In this document: positions 37,401-52,200 of the stretch, piece by piece | How positions within the stretch are numbered: the stretch's first letter is position 1 | How the letters are laid out: each line of letters starts with the position of its first letter | NCBI GenBank assembly: GCA_965637545.1 | Contig: OZ281501.1 | Location: forward strand, 310,001 to 374,000 | From: Phallusia mammillata | Lineage: Eukaryota | Length of the DNA stretch: 64,000 nucleotides | Direction of reading: 5' to 3' | The notes under the pieces: generated by a model | Told to the model about the DNA's origin: nothing | Seen by the model: the letters and a program-made list of their open reading frames with translations, nothing else | The model's database searches: none | Program-made: the position numbers and the translations under genes

Positions 37401-37885
37401 TCTGCGAACCATTTCTGCGATGAATGTGCGTGAATGGAGGATGGAGCTAGAGGTAGCTTATAATCTGTCACTTCTTGGAAGAAATCCTCACTTGGAAGTT
37501 TAAAATTCCACGCTGTCTAACACAAGTTCATCATTTTATTGCCACTAGTTTCAGTTTCAGTTTGGTGCTGCAATTTACCTGTTCAAAATCTGCGTAAAAA
37601 ATGTAATTTTGCTGCCAAGTTGAGTTTTTAACGTTGACTTCGAGACTTGAATTTCCGTGTGGCAGCGGCAAACGATCACCCGATTGCGAAATAAGGAAGC
37701 ACGACATGATCTGAATCAAATTTTTCTGTTACAACAAACAAAAGACTCAGCCAAATCACCCTGAATCCAACCTCGTCATGCCAGATAACATCAGTTTGTG
37801 TCACTTGGTTTTTACATTTCAGACCGTAAGACGTGCTGGCTTTTGCCAGTAAACTGATAACAAATATTTTCCAGATAAACTCCAT
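31469..37885 (-). CDS. CATSPERB: CatSper channel auxiliary subunit beta, multi-exon
   Basis: Signal peptide. Exons give VILTSQGLLVSD, KFPTFR...VWFSSDGGNRF, GKAG, DLGQ, FGNP, VNYRPPSAMAVSIPLSSNVY, STRENCDC...SDCREK, YLVYVEEING, IYNASGL, GSGLFHLR...FCPLQDEFQ and VYVTNPPLPFP+TM, collinear with recalled human CATSPERB. Confidence 0.92.
31583..31658 (+). repeat. Minimal hammerhead-like repeat family A, copy 1 (in last CATSPERB intron, antisense)
   Basis: ttatttacc-CTGATGA-a-ggcgacctgtataggacgtc-GGAA-cgt-C-ggaataaa. Near-identical ~76-bp copy at 40711-40786. Confidence 0.8.
32773..32804 (-). repeat. Hammerhead-like relic (same type as the 16.4-kb core)
   Basis: Minus strand reads CTGATGT-t-GACAA-ctgttt-TTGTC-GAAA-cgt-C. 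Confidence 0.6.
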
Positions 37886-39299
37886 TTTCTCCGACTGTTT
37901 TACTCCACAAATTTCTCACTTTTTGACAAAAACTATCTCAAAATTTTTATGACGCATTGTGTATTTATGACGTCAGAAAGTCAATTGGTTACGACAATGG
38001 TTGCTACACGCTTGAGTAGCTACGAACGCTTGGAAATGATGAGCACTGAAATTTCTTCGTTTTATTTTAAAGCCAAGCAAACTTTGGTGTTTAATTGTTA
38101 CAATTTGTGATTGTTTATTATTTGCTTTTAAACTGACCAAATTGTTTTGTTGAAATATTTTGTTTTCATCTGTTAACTCATCAGTTTTGGTTGAGTTTAG
38201 TGATTTTTCATAATTTTATTTTGATTATTATTGTAGTTTTTTTACACAACAAAATGTTTCTGTTAATGCTACAAACATTGTTAACAGAATAAAGATTTGG
38301 TTGGGTTCTTAGAGTAACGGTTTCTTTGAACTCGATAATCACCAAACATAAAGTTGGTTACCACTTACCACAGAAAATGTGAAATTTGTATCATTCTCAA
38401 CTAATTCATAAATGTTACTGACTTATTATTTGCCCCTGATTTATTATGTTGTTGTTATTATTGTTTATGTGCATTGTTTGGATTAGGTAAAACCTTAAAG
38501 AACGAAAGGACTGATTTCAGTTTAGTTACAGTCTTAAGTTTATATCATCACAACTTATGCAAAAGAAATCTCTGTAATAAACAAACAATGTTTTTAAATA
38601 TTATCATTAATGGGTCATATAGTTTGTTTGGGAAAGTTTGGCTAATTTTTATTGGTTTGTTCTGAATTTTATTGTTTTTCTTACTATTGTTTTGTTAGAA
38701 ATATTATTATTGGCTGTTAATAGGGTTGTTCATTGTTCAACTCAGTTTAATAATATTCAGTGGAAAACTTGATTGATCACTTTACAGATAGTTGTAGCTG
38801 TCAACGTTAGAAATTTGGTGTTTGTATTTTCTTTACTAATCCTACAACAACATTGTGGAACAAACACTGGATTAGGGTTTATTTATATTTCTTACATGAT
38901 TGATGACTTCTTTCAATGATGACTGCAATGTTATGTCAATAAAAGCCAAGTTCATGTACTTATAACCTGTCTGGGTGCAAAGCTTGGGACTCATTACTTA
39001 TTACTGGCTCTGTGTGTATGTGATGAGGTTTGTACATTAAGTGCAGTAGAGTTAAAAATCATCAGTAAGAAACGCCAGCATTTAGAGTTGTAATAAACTG
39101 TGGCAATCTCACCTAGTGTTTCAATTTGAAAACAGAAGAAACTGTGAACCACATAGATGGTGGAACACAATGCTAACATTAGCAGTGTTGTAAGACATGA
39201 AAATATATGTGTTTAAATTTATTGAAAAATTCTTCAATCATGTTATAGTGGTACCCATTCTGCTTAGTTATGAGTCCATGACAATCAATTACAAATAAA

Positions 39300-39900
39300 T
39301 TAAAATTAAGTTGCATTTGTATCTAAAGTCTGTAAATTTGTCTTTGCCACTTATTTGCTTGCCAATCATGTTGAGTAAACCAAAGCTCTTGTTGGTTCGA
39401 GCAAATATTACAATATTTCAAGTGTTTGCAGAAAAGCTCTCCGACTAGCTGTGGTGAAAGTAAGTGCATACTTTAGCAAGCGATATTAAATTCCCAGGCT
39501 TCCCAGAATTCTTAGTAAAAAGCAAAATAGCTTTAAAGTCATATGTCACATCAATTTGTTCAGGAAAATATTTGCAATGTTTTGTTGAAAACATGCATTC
39601 ACATTTCACAATAAAAACAAGTCAATTGCAAATTTAATTTAAACATTTGCAACAACTGTATTGTTTTAAAATTTTACCACAAGTATTAATTTCAATCATA
39701 TTTGTGAGTTATGACAAAGATTCAATTCAGTTTCAATCAATTGTGAAGCATTTAAGTGGTCGTAACTTGATCTTAGTCGAGGTTTCACTTTTCGTTGTGG
39801 TTTGATATCTCAGTGTTCGGTTTTGTTGACAAAGAATGATAGTGGAATGTTATACATTTATCTGCTATTGTCGACCTCATGTAATTTGTGACCTTTGTGT
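39300..39900 (-). pseudogene. Probable decayed hAT transposase C-terminus
   Basis: Frameshifted minus-strand fragments NLISLAKVC...TTAS..ESFSA...QEL resemble the hAT dimerisation motif (NL..L..I.LT.P.TTAS.ERSFS.L). Many stops. Confidence 0.4.
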
Positions 39901-40245
39901 GAAACAGACTTTTTGTATTTCTATTGTTCATGTTTGGTGGTAAACAACTCTGTTATCCATCTGATATTAAACTAATAGCACAACAAGTTGAAAACTTTAT
40001 CATTGAATTTTGTCTGATCAATTTAATGTTGTGTTAAGATCAACTATTTTCACTTCTTTTGTTGAAATTTAAATACCTTGGTGTTGTTTTTGCACCTTTT
40101 GTGGTTTGTGTTTTTATTACCACATATTGTCACAACTGCTCAACTGTCCATATTTCTTCCAATATTATAGGTGTGGATATTTTATAAGTTCACTGTGTTG
40201 TTTTGAAATAATTTTAAAGATGATTTTGTAGCAAAAACATTCACG

Positions 40246-43200
40246 ATGTCTTCACACAGAAAAACATCTGCACCAGGAAGAAATAATAAGATAAAGTAGG
40301 TTGAAATTTTCTTCACAAACATTTTTCGAAACAGAAAACAAATATTCAAAAATTTTGCTGCTTTAAAGATTACTTAAATATAAAAAACAGATCTCACACC
40401 TTTTTGTTATATTTTCTAATCAGTCGGTTGCACGATGGATCCGGGGATGCGGATGAATTTGATGAGTTTGGAATATTACGAACAAGTGACCGAAACTCAA
40501 ACTCAGTTCCGATTGACGACCCGAGTTTAATGTTGAGTGACGGAGACACAAGCGCCCAAATGGTGGAAACATCAGGTAGATTTGTAAAAGATAAAAGTTG
40601 TAACAATCTGCGAGTGTAACTGATGTCACTGATGATGGCATGAGCATTTTCCGGGAAGTTCTTGCATTTCATTGTTTTCTTTGTTTATCGTGCAGTGTAC
40701 TACCCATATTCAGTGTTATTTACCCTGATAAAGGCGACCTGTATAGGACGTCGAAATGTCGGAATAAAAATACATTTGCCAGAAGAGCTCTTTAAACTTG
40801 ATGTAATGCCCGGCAGCAACAGCTTATATATTTTCCGAAACGTTTGAATAATTAAGCATTTCGCTCTGTATGTATATTTGGGCAATTATTTTCGTCCTTA
40901 AACTTATGAACAGATTCTTTGATAGTGTTCTATAAACAATCTGTAAGTATAAATATTTTATGTCAAACATAAAATAAATGTCAAAATGTTTGTTTTAGAA
41001 AATGAGCTTCAAAGCAGAGCATCTCATCAACATCACGGAATGACTTCAGATTCAGAACCTCTGTTGGATTTTAGCACAACATCAGGTTTGTAACAAATAC
41101 CACAAACGCCTGTATTTTGGCAAAATAAAACAAATTACTGTACTAGCACTTTTGTCATGCAATAACATTTTTGCCAAAATTAATATTTGCTTTGTTTAGG
41201 AAATGTTGGCTTATCAGATTTTCGATCGCAACTTGATGATTTAGCTGCAGACTTAACCGGAGCATCAGAAGATATTTCAAAAGCAAGCGATGGGAAACCT
41301 AAAAAACATAAACCTCCAGCTTCCAATGATTCTGCAAGTAAGAACCTGCCCATTGATAAAATCTATTGCCTTAACATTTTAGTAATTATTTCCTAAAACA
41401 TAGAAAAAATGTGCTTTTAGTTTTATTTGAAATAGAAACTTTGCCATTATTTCCTTTTTCAAACAAACATGAAAATTAATATGAATTTTAGGTCAACACC
41501 AAGATGAGACAGAGTCTTTGACAGAATTTGAGGAGATTGAGCGATTGATTCAAGCTAACACGGCAGCTGACAGTGATGATGATTTGTCCGATATTCCTGA
41601 AGATCTGGAGCAAAAAATATTGTCTGGTCGAAAAAGCAGAGGTGATTAAAATCTTATTATTTGAAATTAAACTGAGCTGACTTTAAATGTATATTTTATA
41701 CATATCTGTACAAATTTCTTCCTATGATCATATATCTACCTAAATTACATAACGTTGTAAATCTAGGTCTGTAAAATTGGGAAAAACATCTGAATTATAT
41801 TTTTGCAGAAAGTACAAGAAGTGATGGAAGATCTGACAGAGGGAGATCCCCCACTAATGATGCTGAATCGTCTGATTCCTCTTCTTCAAAGTCATCGAGT
41901 AAGATTTAGCAAACTGTCATCCAAAACTTCCAACAAATATCCTGCAGCTGTTTTTGTAATTTTCCGAATAAATTATTTTTACAGGAGGCGAAAAGAAGTT
42001 AGTCGCATCGAAAGGAGTTCATCATGACACAGGTTATGCAAGTGAAGGTAAAATATTATCAGGAAATATTCCAACAACATACATAAGCTTCTCAGAAATA
42101 CATTAAACATCAGTTAACCCGGACAAAACACGAGGAACAAAAATGATTTGTAATGTGGTTAGGCTTTAACTAATCGACATCGGTTAATCTGGATCTTCGC
42201 CTAATCCGGGCACTTTTTCGGTCCAAACGGGTCCGGATTAACTGGAGTTTACTGTATTATACATTATTGGAAGGAAAAAGCATAAAAAACTGTCAAAATA
42301 ATAATGATTAATGTTTGTGTGAAATACTTGATAGAGTATTTTAAAGTATTTTGTTTACAGGTTTGAAAACACCAGAAGACACTCCAGGCCCATCGGTAAA
42401 CACCGAACAGCACCAAGACTTTCCCCAGCTAAACCATGAAGGTAGCCAAGCAAAAATATTGTTATCAGTTTTAATCCACTGGTGGGATTCAGCCGGTTCG
42501 CACCGGTTCTATACAACTGTCTCACGAAATTTTGTGAGATCAGCGCACCGGTTAGCATTACTGGTTACTGTCAATGGACTTTTTTTGTGACAGAACCAGC
42601 TGAAAATTATGACTTTTGTGATAGAACCCGCTGACAAAATTTTTTAATCCCACCGCTGGTTAAATCAACAAACAAGTTCAACATGGTTGTGTATTTACCT
42701 TACAGCAAAAAAAACACATAAAAATGAGCAAAACTTTAAGGTCACATGCACATCACTGTTCACCCACTATACAAAACCTGAGCAAATATGGAAAAACTTT
42801 TTTATACAGAATCTGAGGAATCATTGCCACCTTTGCATTCATGGTTGATTGAACGTGAAGATGAGCCGTTACACTCGACCGGTCGCACACCCTCGCATGA
42901 AAACTTGAACGAGTTGTATTCACCTGCTTCTCGACAAGTTGTTTTGTCTTCAGACGAGGGTGAAAATGAGATAAACACGACGGGTGGTACCGACCTTGAC
43001 GTGACCATGGATCGGTTCATGGTCCCAACACAACGAGCTGACTCTCATCAGCCAAACAGGTTTGTATTAATTAGCTGTGGTAAATGGTAGGCAGTTAGTG
43101 AAATGTGAAATACATCGGTGGCCAATAAATACAAAATATCAATCTATATTTTTCTGTACTATTATGTACCATTTTTATATCCATTATCAAAATAGACACA

Positions 43201-46200
43201 TTGCAATTCAATACAATTTCATGCAGAGATGTCATTTGTTTTTAAGCCAAAGTTTTAACTGGAAGTTTTTTTCAAATACACAGCTTGCATATTTTTTTAG
43301 TTTGGTTGCAACTTTTGGAACAACTGAAGAATTTCGTGATTTGTTGATTCGACAATTGGACGATATGCAAACAGATGAGTTCGTGGGTAAGAATCATTCA
43401 AATATCTGTTAACAACCAGAATCAACACCAGATTCACATGAATTTTTAATCTACAGAAGGAGAAAAGTTGCCTGAAAACCAAAATGAAGAGGAAAAACAA
43501 GGTGCAGGTAAAACATAAAATTGTTTTTACTTTTTTTGGTTAACTGGCAATTATATACAAATATTGTATAATTGCCCAGTTTAGCAAAAGGAAGTGTTAT
43601 GAAATATGCCTGGCAACAAAACATTATTTATACATATTCATTTTCTGGTAAATAAGAAAACAAAAATATTTATGAATATGTTTACCAGCATGCAACCTCT
43701 GACAGATGGCACATAATGGGGCTATGCTAAAGTAAGGTTTTCAAGTCAATCACATTGTATATTGTGACAGGCTGAAATTCAAAAAATTATAAAAGTTGTC
43801 AACAAAATGATTGTTTTGTTTCAGAATCGGGTCAACTATCTTCAAGCACAGGGAAGAGAAAAAAGCTTCCTCAGTAAGTAATGCCTGAGGGCGTGATTCA
43901 AATCCATGCCGTGTGCCGGTCATTATCACACTGGTGCCCATTTGTCTAATGCATAGTAGTGTGGAAAGACTATTTACTTATAAATAAACTTGCTGTGTTT
44001 GCATGTATGTATTTGTGTGATTTGGGAAAATTGTTAAATTAATTAAATGTTGCAAATCTGCAGACAACCTCGTGAAAGAGGAAAAAGTCCGAACAGAACA
44101 AGGTACAGTGGATTGGATTTATGTGTTGCAGAAGTTAACGAACAATCATTGGAAACTATTGTGTTGATTTGTTTAGGATGTCACCTAGGACGCAACCCAG
44201 CAGAGGTCAAGTTCAAGTGAAACCACAATCCCGATCCAAGTTGAAGTTATCACCGAGCAACAAACAATCACCACGGTAACAAACACTCTAAGTTGTTTGT
44301 GTACAGCATCAGATAAAACTGTTTGTGAAACAGATCCTTTTTTAATCTATAACTTTGTGATTGGCAGGGATAACACGTTGTCATCCGAGCGGACGAGGAC
44401 TTCATCTCGGTCTCCAGCTGCGAGTCGAGTTCGGAGGAAAAATCCACAATCAAGTGGAAGGTGAGATTTGAGAGTTACAGGTTTCAAGGGGCTCAGCTTT
44501 GTCCCAGGGTTTCTTAAACTGGGAGGTCTTGTCTCTACTCTGGTTGTTTTGTAGAATAATTGTCTCATAAAAATTGTTCTCATGAAACAATTGAAGTTTG
44601 TGGGCAAACTGGCTTTTCTGTTCTTATACATAGAGCTGAAGTGGTGGTTACGTTAAATATATTGGCAGTCCCTGGTGTGAACTTGTGCACAAGTTTTCTG
44701 CATTTATAAAAATAAGCCACAATACATGTACATGTAGTTTTGCAATCTTGTTCCAGGATAAGCGCATCTCTGCATCGTGAGAGCAGCACTGATGAGATGA
44801 GCATCCACTCGGATATTTCACGAACTGAACTTAAATCAAAACTCAGGGAGGAAGCTTTGAGTCGTAAACGTGAAGAGGAAATGGTTCGAGAACTACAGGT
44901 TGGTTGTTTTGTTCCAACTTGATGTTTTGTGCCACATAACTTGTCCATGTGCAAACAAAGTAAAAGTAAACAAACACTTGTTTATTAAATTAGTTGATGC
45001 ATTTTGCTGGGCTTGTTTTTGGCTGTAAACTGTAAAAAATATCATACGCTTTTGTTTTTGACACAAACTATTGTTTAAACATTTGTTGCATAAACATGAA
45101 TAACATGTCTCAGGTATTTCAGTCTGTGTCAATATGTTACAAAGTGTCCGGACATCAACAGTAGATAGTTAGCTCGCTTGTACAAGTGGAAATTACTGAG
45201 TTGGCACTTGGCAGGCATATTTACAGTTTGTGCACCGAGAGCAACAAAGAACACTGGTTTTCTTACTGAACCATTAGATAAGTTTTTGTGTGAAAAGTTG
45301 TTTAAGAAAGTTTCAGTGTTGAAAGAGAGATTTAACTGAGATATGTTTTGCTGAGCATTTATATTCCTGCCCTTTGACAATATGATTTTTATGTTGATTG
45401 TGTGGTCGACACTTAAGTGTTTTGTGTGTTTAAGGGATTACGGAGTTTGTGAAGAGATTAAAAAAACACGACGATTTAATCTCCCCAACAATGCCAGGCA
45501 ACATTCTTTAAACAAATCAACTTTTTCATTGTTGTTGGTTTCCCCGACCAAGCTCAGTCTCCACGGTAAAATCTCCCAAGAAAACAAGTTATCACTTCAC
45601 CAAGTTTTTGTGAGGGAGAATAGAAAGTCAAAAACATGAAACTTTTGAGATAAAAGTTTGTTTTGCAGCAAAATTGGGTTTTTAGTTTTTATGTCAGTCA
45701 CAAGCTACAAAAGCAGAAACATTTTGGACATTTTTTTCAGTTTTGTTTTTTGTTTCAGAGCAACTATGATTCTTTGTTGATGAAATTTGCCCAAGCTGAA
45801 AACACAATTGACCATCTTAGAGTGGGAGCTAAGGTAACAAGTTATAATGTGTAAAATTTCTTGCACAAACTCTTTTTAATTTTTCATGTCACTATGTTGT
45901 TTGTATTTAAATTATAAATATTGTAATGTTTTTTTAACAACAATTTAATCAAGAACAAAATATTTTATCAGATAAACATTTTTGCATCTGTCCCCCGTCC
46001 TTCCCCGGAAGATCCCACTCTTCCATTCGAAGAAGCTCAATTGAAACAACAACAATCAGAAGACAATCAAAACATTCCACAACAACAATCACAGGTAAAG
46101 TTGATTGTCATAAATGATTTTTATGTTTACTGAACTTTTAATTTAAATAGTGGGTAAAAATGTTTCATTAAAATAATTTGTTGCAACTCTACATATATTT

Positions 46201-49200
46201 TCAACAATTTTGGAAAAAATACCAATGTTGACATTTTTAGTTCAACCCCGGCATGCATCCTGGCAATCATTATCACCAATCTTCCGGTGGCTCTTTTGCC
46301 CCCTCTGCTGGCTCAAAACGTGACAGTTTAGTGGAAAGTAGTCTTCAACTCCCGGCCGCTGCAACCACAGAATTTCTTAAAGTTGCTCTTCAACTACAAG
46401 CAAAGGATTTACAGGTCTGTTCAAATATATTCTCCAACATTTTTGAACAAATATTGTTGATATCTGATTTTTTAAGTTTTAATTCCTTGTGTTTTCTGTA
46501 AGCATTTATTTTTACCTTCTATGGGTTCTGATATTAAAACCATAAGAAAATGCGATTGGATTCATAAAATGTTTAAACCAATATTGTTGACATCTGATTT
46601 TTTACAAAGGTTTTAGTTGCTTGTGGTATTTTTTGTAAGCATTTATTTTGCCTTCTGTAAGCATTTTGGTTTTGACATTAAAACTGTAACAAACTACATT
46701 TGAAAACCAAAACTAGATCATATCAAACTAAGGTTTAGGTTTACAAAGTAGTTTTCTTGCTTCAGAAAGATTTTTGTCTTTCATTTCCCTAACACTTGAA
46801 AATCTTTCTTGTTTATTTCTCAGGACAAAATAGAATTATTCAGTCAATTGCTGAATGAGACAGAATTGGATCCGGACGAGATGCAACGTGCGATGGACGC
46901 GATCACAGAATCACTCCGTAATCTTGAGCAGGATTACTTGAACGCCGTCGACGAACACATGGTCGAGCAGAAGAAACGGATGTTGGCCACTGGGGGCAGT
47001 GTGGATCAATGTCAGCAGTTTGATCCTGGTCGAGTCATGGAACGAGACATTGGCAGGTAACGTTTCAATTCAAACTTGTGTTTATTGGTTCAACTTTTAA
47101 ACAAATTTAAACAACTTGTATGGGTTGAGTAAAAACTTTGTAACCCAAGTATTCTGTGTGCATTCTCTGTTAGCAACAAAAAAGGAGACTAAAAAAGCTA
47201 GATATAATTTTCAGTGGCAAGGTGATTGTTTCTCTTCACACTTGTCAATTTAAACTTGTGTTTCATTGTTTAGTTGTTAATTTTTGAACAAACTTAAACA
47301 ATTTATACTAGATAAGTGAAAACTTTTCATTCCAAATCTTATTTGTGCATTCTCGTTTACAAAGGGTCAGAAAAAGCATGATATAATTTTCTGTGGCATA
47401 AATATATCTGTCAGGGATCTTAGAACTGATCATCCCTAATACTTTGTGATATTTGTGGTGACACTTTATGCCTAAAATTGAAAGTCTCGTTCCTTAATAC
47501 TTGGTGAACAACATGAATAGGAACTAAATATCATAATTTATTTTTAGTGACATAAACATAACAGAGGTTGAGGGTCAGAAAATAATCATCCCAAACACTT
47601 GGAATGGTGAAAGTTTTATGTTTAAAATTTCAATCCATCTTGTTTCTTTAGACTTGGTGACATGGTGAACAACCTGCGCACTCGTGTTGCCAACAAACAA
47701 GTACAACGACATCAACCTGTCAGCGCTCGCTCGTACGTAACTGAAAGTGAGGTGGCTAGCTCACCGGAGGGCGATGTTGACAGCAAATTTAATCAACTTC
47801 TTCACAAGTGAGACAAAATATTTATATCTTCGCTCTCATATTAAATAAAACTGTTTTTCAGTATATTTGTCTTAGGTTATAATCTTTTTGCAGTTGAATC
47901 TGAATTGTACTAATTGTATGACAAATTATCTAAGCAAAAACTATGTTAGTTTTGAGACTGAAAAAACAGTTTATGAAAAAATAGCAAAAAACTATGCAAA
48001 ATATATGCTGGGTGATTAACAGTATTTGCAGAAAGCCAGCTTTCAAATTTGTTTGCTACAATAATAATTTATCATGAATCCAAGGTTTTAACAACTTTGC
48101 TCTATGTTTCAGATACAACCGTCCGCCGCCTACCGAGGACGGCCGCACAACGGCTGCAAGTCAATATTTGTCGTCGCAAGATGAAGAAGATTTCAGTCCA
48201 CGGCCACTTTCAAACAGGTGAAACTTCATCTTATGGATACAAATATAAACAACAGAAGCGACATTAAATTGTAACTGGACATTTTTTCCTCAACCTTACA
48301 ACAAATTATTTTTTCATCCCAGATATTTTGAACCAGCAACGGGTCAACTCGATACATCTGTGACATCGCAAACACCTCGAACTCCCAAGAGTTCACCACA
48401 AACACAACCTGGACGACAGCGTTACCAATCCAGGTAGGGGAAATACACTTTGTTTATAGAGTAAAGTTGGCTTAAGAATAATGTTTATGTAATTATAATC
48501 ATATTACTTGATACATTATTTACTTGTTTACAAGTCACAGAAAATGTGCTAAAATTTTATTGCAACTAAAGTGTATCGCAAAAGCACTTCACCAGTTGTG
48601 GCAAAGTTGATTCATGTAACACCTGTTAGGTTTGGTTCAAAACCACTTAATCTGAATATTTTTTTCATGTGTAGCTTCAGCAGCATCGCTGACAGCGTTC
48701 CATCAACATCACCTTCTCCCACTAGGAGGAGCCATACTCGACTTCCTCGTCCAGTGGGAAAAAGTGGAAAAGAGCGTAGAGCACCATCGAGGGATGGAAA
48801 AAAATCCAACCAGGCTGGTAGGAGCAAAAACTTTAGTTTACAAGCCTATTAAAATGTTTAAAACATAGTAGTGGTCATAACGCTGTGTGTGAGAGTTTTC
48901 CACAATAAGTTTGAGTTAATAATTAACCAGCAACCCGCCACTATTTGAATTCCTTGACTCCACTCACAACAGCAAAGCACTGTCGGTTTGTGTCTTAACC
49001 AGATGTTTCTGCAATCTGTATTTCGAGAAGTTTGTGCCAGAGGTGTAACAAAGTTTAATTATCATTATAACCTTAACTAAATTAGGTCAAGGATGAAAAA
49101 CAAATTTGTTTGAATGTAATTTCAGAAAAAAAACTCTTAGTTGTTCATCCTTTAGTTTTGAAGATATATATGTTTCGCTTTTGCAGTTTTGTGTAAAGTA

Positions 49201-52200
49201 TTTTAGTTGCAGAAATGATTGATGTGAAAAGGCACAGTTTATTTGTTTAAGTAACTGAAACAAATATGCAGACATGTAATATGATGTTTTCCTGCAGACA
49301 AAGGGACAGACAGTGGGTTTGTCGGATCTGAAAGTAGTCGGCAATCTGCCTCTGCAACGCCTCTTCAACCGACGCGGGTCAAACTTGTGACGCGACCCCC
49401 CACCGCGGTCGACACTCAACCTAAACTTCCCGAGAAACGAGATCGAAATATCTCAGGGGGAACAACGTCAACTATGACAACAACCGACAGGTAGATGAGA
49501 TTTGCAAGACAAATATAGATGCACCACAGTGGTGTTGTGACAAAATTCACTGATGTAAAAATCTCTAACAGAAGATTAACAGTGTATTTCTTGCTTAAAA
49601 CGATGTATCACCATGACAAGTTATTTGTTAGTGCAAAAATCCTTAGGAAGCATTTAATATGTCAACTCTCATAATTTGTTTCTTTGCAAAAAAAAAAAAA
49701 ATTCCCCAGAAACCAGATTTATAGATTAATAATACTTAAAAGTAAATATATTTTGGATTTTGCTTTTTTTAATGTTTGTATCAAACTTTTTTTCCAGGTT
49801 TCCAAACCGAACAGTTCCTCAGCCAAGTTACATAGACAGAGTTGGGATTTATAAACCTCCTAACATCCATGTAAGTACAAATCAACCACATTGCAACTTT
49901 GTGATTTACCATATTTTTTGATCTACTACACTAAATAACTTGCTCATTAAATAACAAATTTCAATCTAGTTATTTCCCTCATAGGATGATTCGTTGGATG
50001 ATTTAAGCACAACATCAACCGTGCGTGAAGCACTCCGACCTCGACACCCATCACGATCTTGCTCCACTTCCACGGCCCCATCGCAAGCCACAGCTGTCAG
50101 GAAAGCACCATTTGGTGGTTTCCCACATGGGTCAAAAAGTGGGGCCAGTGTCAAGTCAAGGGACAGTGCTAAAAGGTGGGTGAATTGTTTTAAAATGTAA
50201 ACATTAATTTATGGCTTGATGTGATGAAGAGAAATAGTTGTGAAGCATAACACATCATTGATATTGTTTCTTTTTGTGACATTTGCAAGTTGTTTGTGCA
50301 ATTTTTACATGAAAATTTTTTAATGACCAAGTTCAAATGGTGTTTGTTGACATGTGATTCATAGCTTTAATATGTTGGCTGTTGTTACACTGTATTGTTT
50401 CCCATCTAACCAGGTCAGTTGCAAGCAGCATGCCGGACAGCACGTTGGACGCGATTCGAGGTGAAATATCTCGACTTAGAGGGGAAATAAATGCAGCAAA
50501 AGCAAATGAAAAAGAAAACATGCGGCCAGCTCACACTTCAACACCTAGACAGAAGTTTAACGGGAGAAATTCACCTGCAGTGTCTGACAACGAGCAACTG
50601 CAAGCTATAAGAGACGACATCAAGGTGATAAACATTAGTTTCTGTGCATAAATGCATAAATATTTTAATTTTAATTTAGGCACAAATATTTCATTGTTAC
50701 TTTAGCACATTTGTGTTTGTTTTAGGAAACTGTTACACAACAAATGTTTACTTTAATCAGTACACAAGTATTGTTGAATTTATTGGAGCCAGCATTTTTA
50801 ATCAAACAAAACATTTGTGAGACAAAGCAAAGCAGCTTGTTACTTGAGCAGATAACAAAACAGATTTAGATGTTTTGTGCCGGCGAACCGGTTGTGACAG
50901 GTCGTGACACGTTCAGTGTGTGCTGAGTCCTTTGTGTTTGTAATGACCGGCAAGTAAATACTGTGTGTGGTTCTGTTACAACTTAAGGAGAGAGTTTGTG
51001 GCCTGTTTTAAGATGTTTGCTCTCTCACAGTGGAATCTTCAGTTAAACCTTAGTACAGGACAGAAAAGTTGAATCACATTTTTTAAAGTTTAAAGTCTTT
51101 AGGTTTGTAGAAAACTTATGTTTGAAAATGTAACCATTTGTTTTCAGTCACAGATTAAAAGGAAAGGCATTCCTGTATAAATACTGTTTTGTGAAGTTTA
51201 ATTGTAGTCTAGCAGTTGGAATGTACTTGCTTGAAGTTATTGTTTTGAATTAAAATGTTTTAAAGAAGTTAGTAGGCAAAACTAATTTTAGTTGTCATGT
51301 CATTATGGTAATGGCAACCTAATAACCCAACGGTGTGGTACATTGGGAGTCTCTATATATTTTGATCAAAAAATGTTTTACCAGGATTAAAAAATGTCTC
51401 AATAAATAAAACAACTTCTTTACAATCTACAACTTGAAAGTTAATAAATGCAGAAAGTTTTATTTAGTTTTTTATGAATTATGATGTGAATTGTTACAAA
51501 TAAGCATCTGCACATCAGTTAAGAATGTCTTGGTTTTACCTTCCACCCTCGTACACTGATGATTATGAAAGTTCTGAGGCAGAATCAGGAATATTTGATG
51601 ACGATTATTATTCACCGAGATCAGATCGAGGTTCACTAGATAATGAACAATCGCCTCGTAGAAATGAAAGTCCGCGCAGCATTTCACCAACGCTCGGCTC
51701 GCACAAGTCAAGATCGAGAAACAGAACACAGAGGATTTATAAAAGGGTAAAACCACTTGTGAGGTGCCGTTTAACTTTTTAAAACAAGGCGATAAAACTG
51801 AAGGCTGAAAATTCATCGGCATACTTAAATGACAATGTTGGTGTATCGTGTGAAATTTTCTGACAAACAAACGTGCTTTTCAGGCTTTAAAAGATGAAGT
51901 GCAGCGGGGAGGAACCAGAAAGGTGAGTCATGTTAATAATTGAATTAATAAGTAATATTTGTTAATCTTTATCACTGTTATCTGCACAAATTTACCTTCT
52001 TGCATTTTTACTGGTTTTTCCTCGCTTTTTGGTTTTTACATTCATTCATTTTGAGAATGACACAAGTTGCTATCGAAACGTCATGTTTCACACAAATATA
52101 CTGGTTTGTTTGTTTCTGGTTAGGGTTTTTAAAACCCTGAGTTGTGTACATATGTGACTAAGCTATTGTGAATGCTGCTGTCATACAATATATCACCAGC

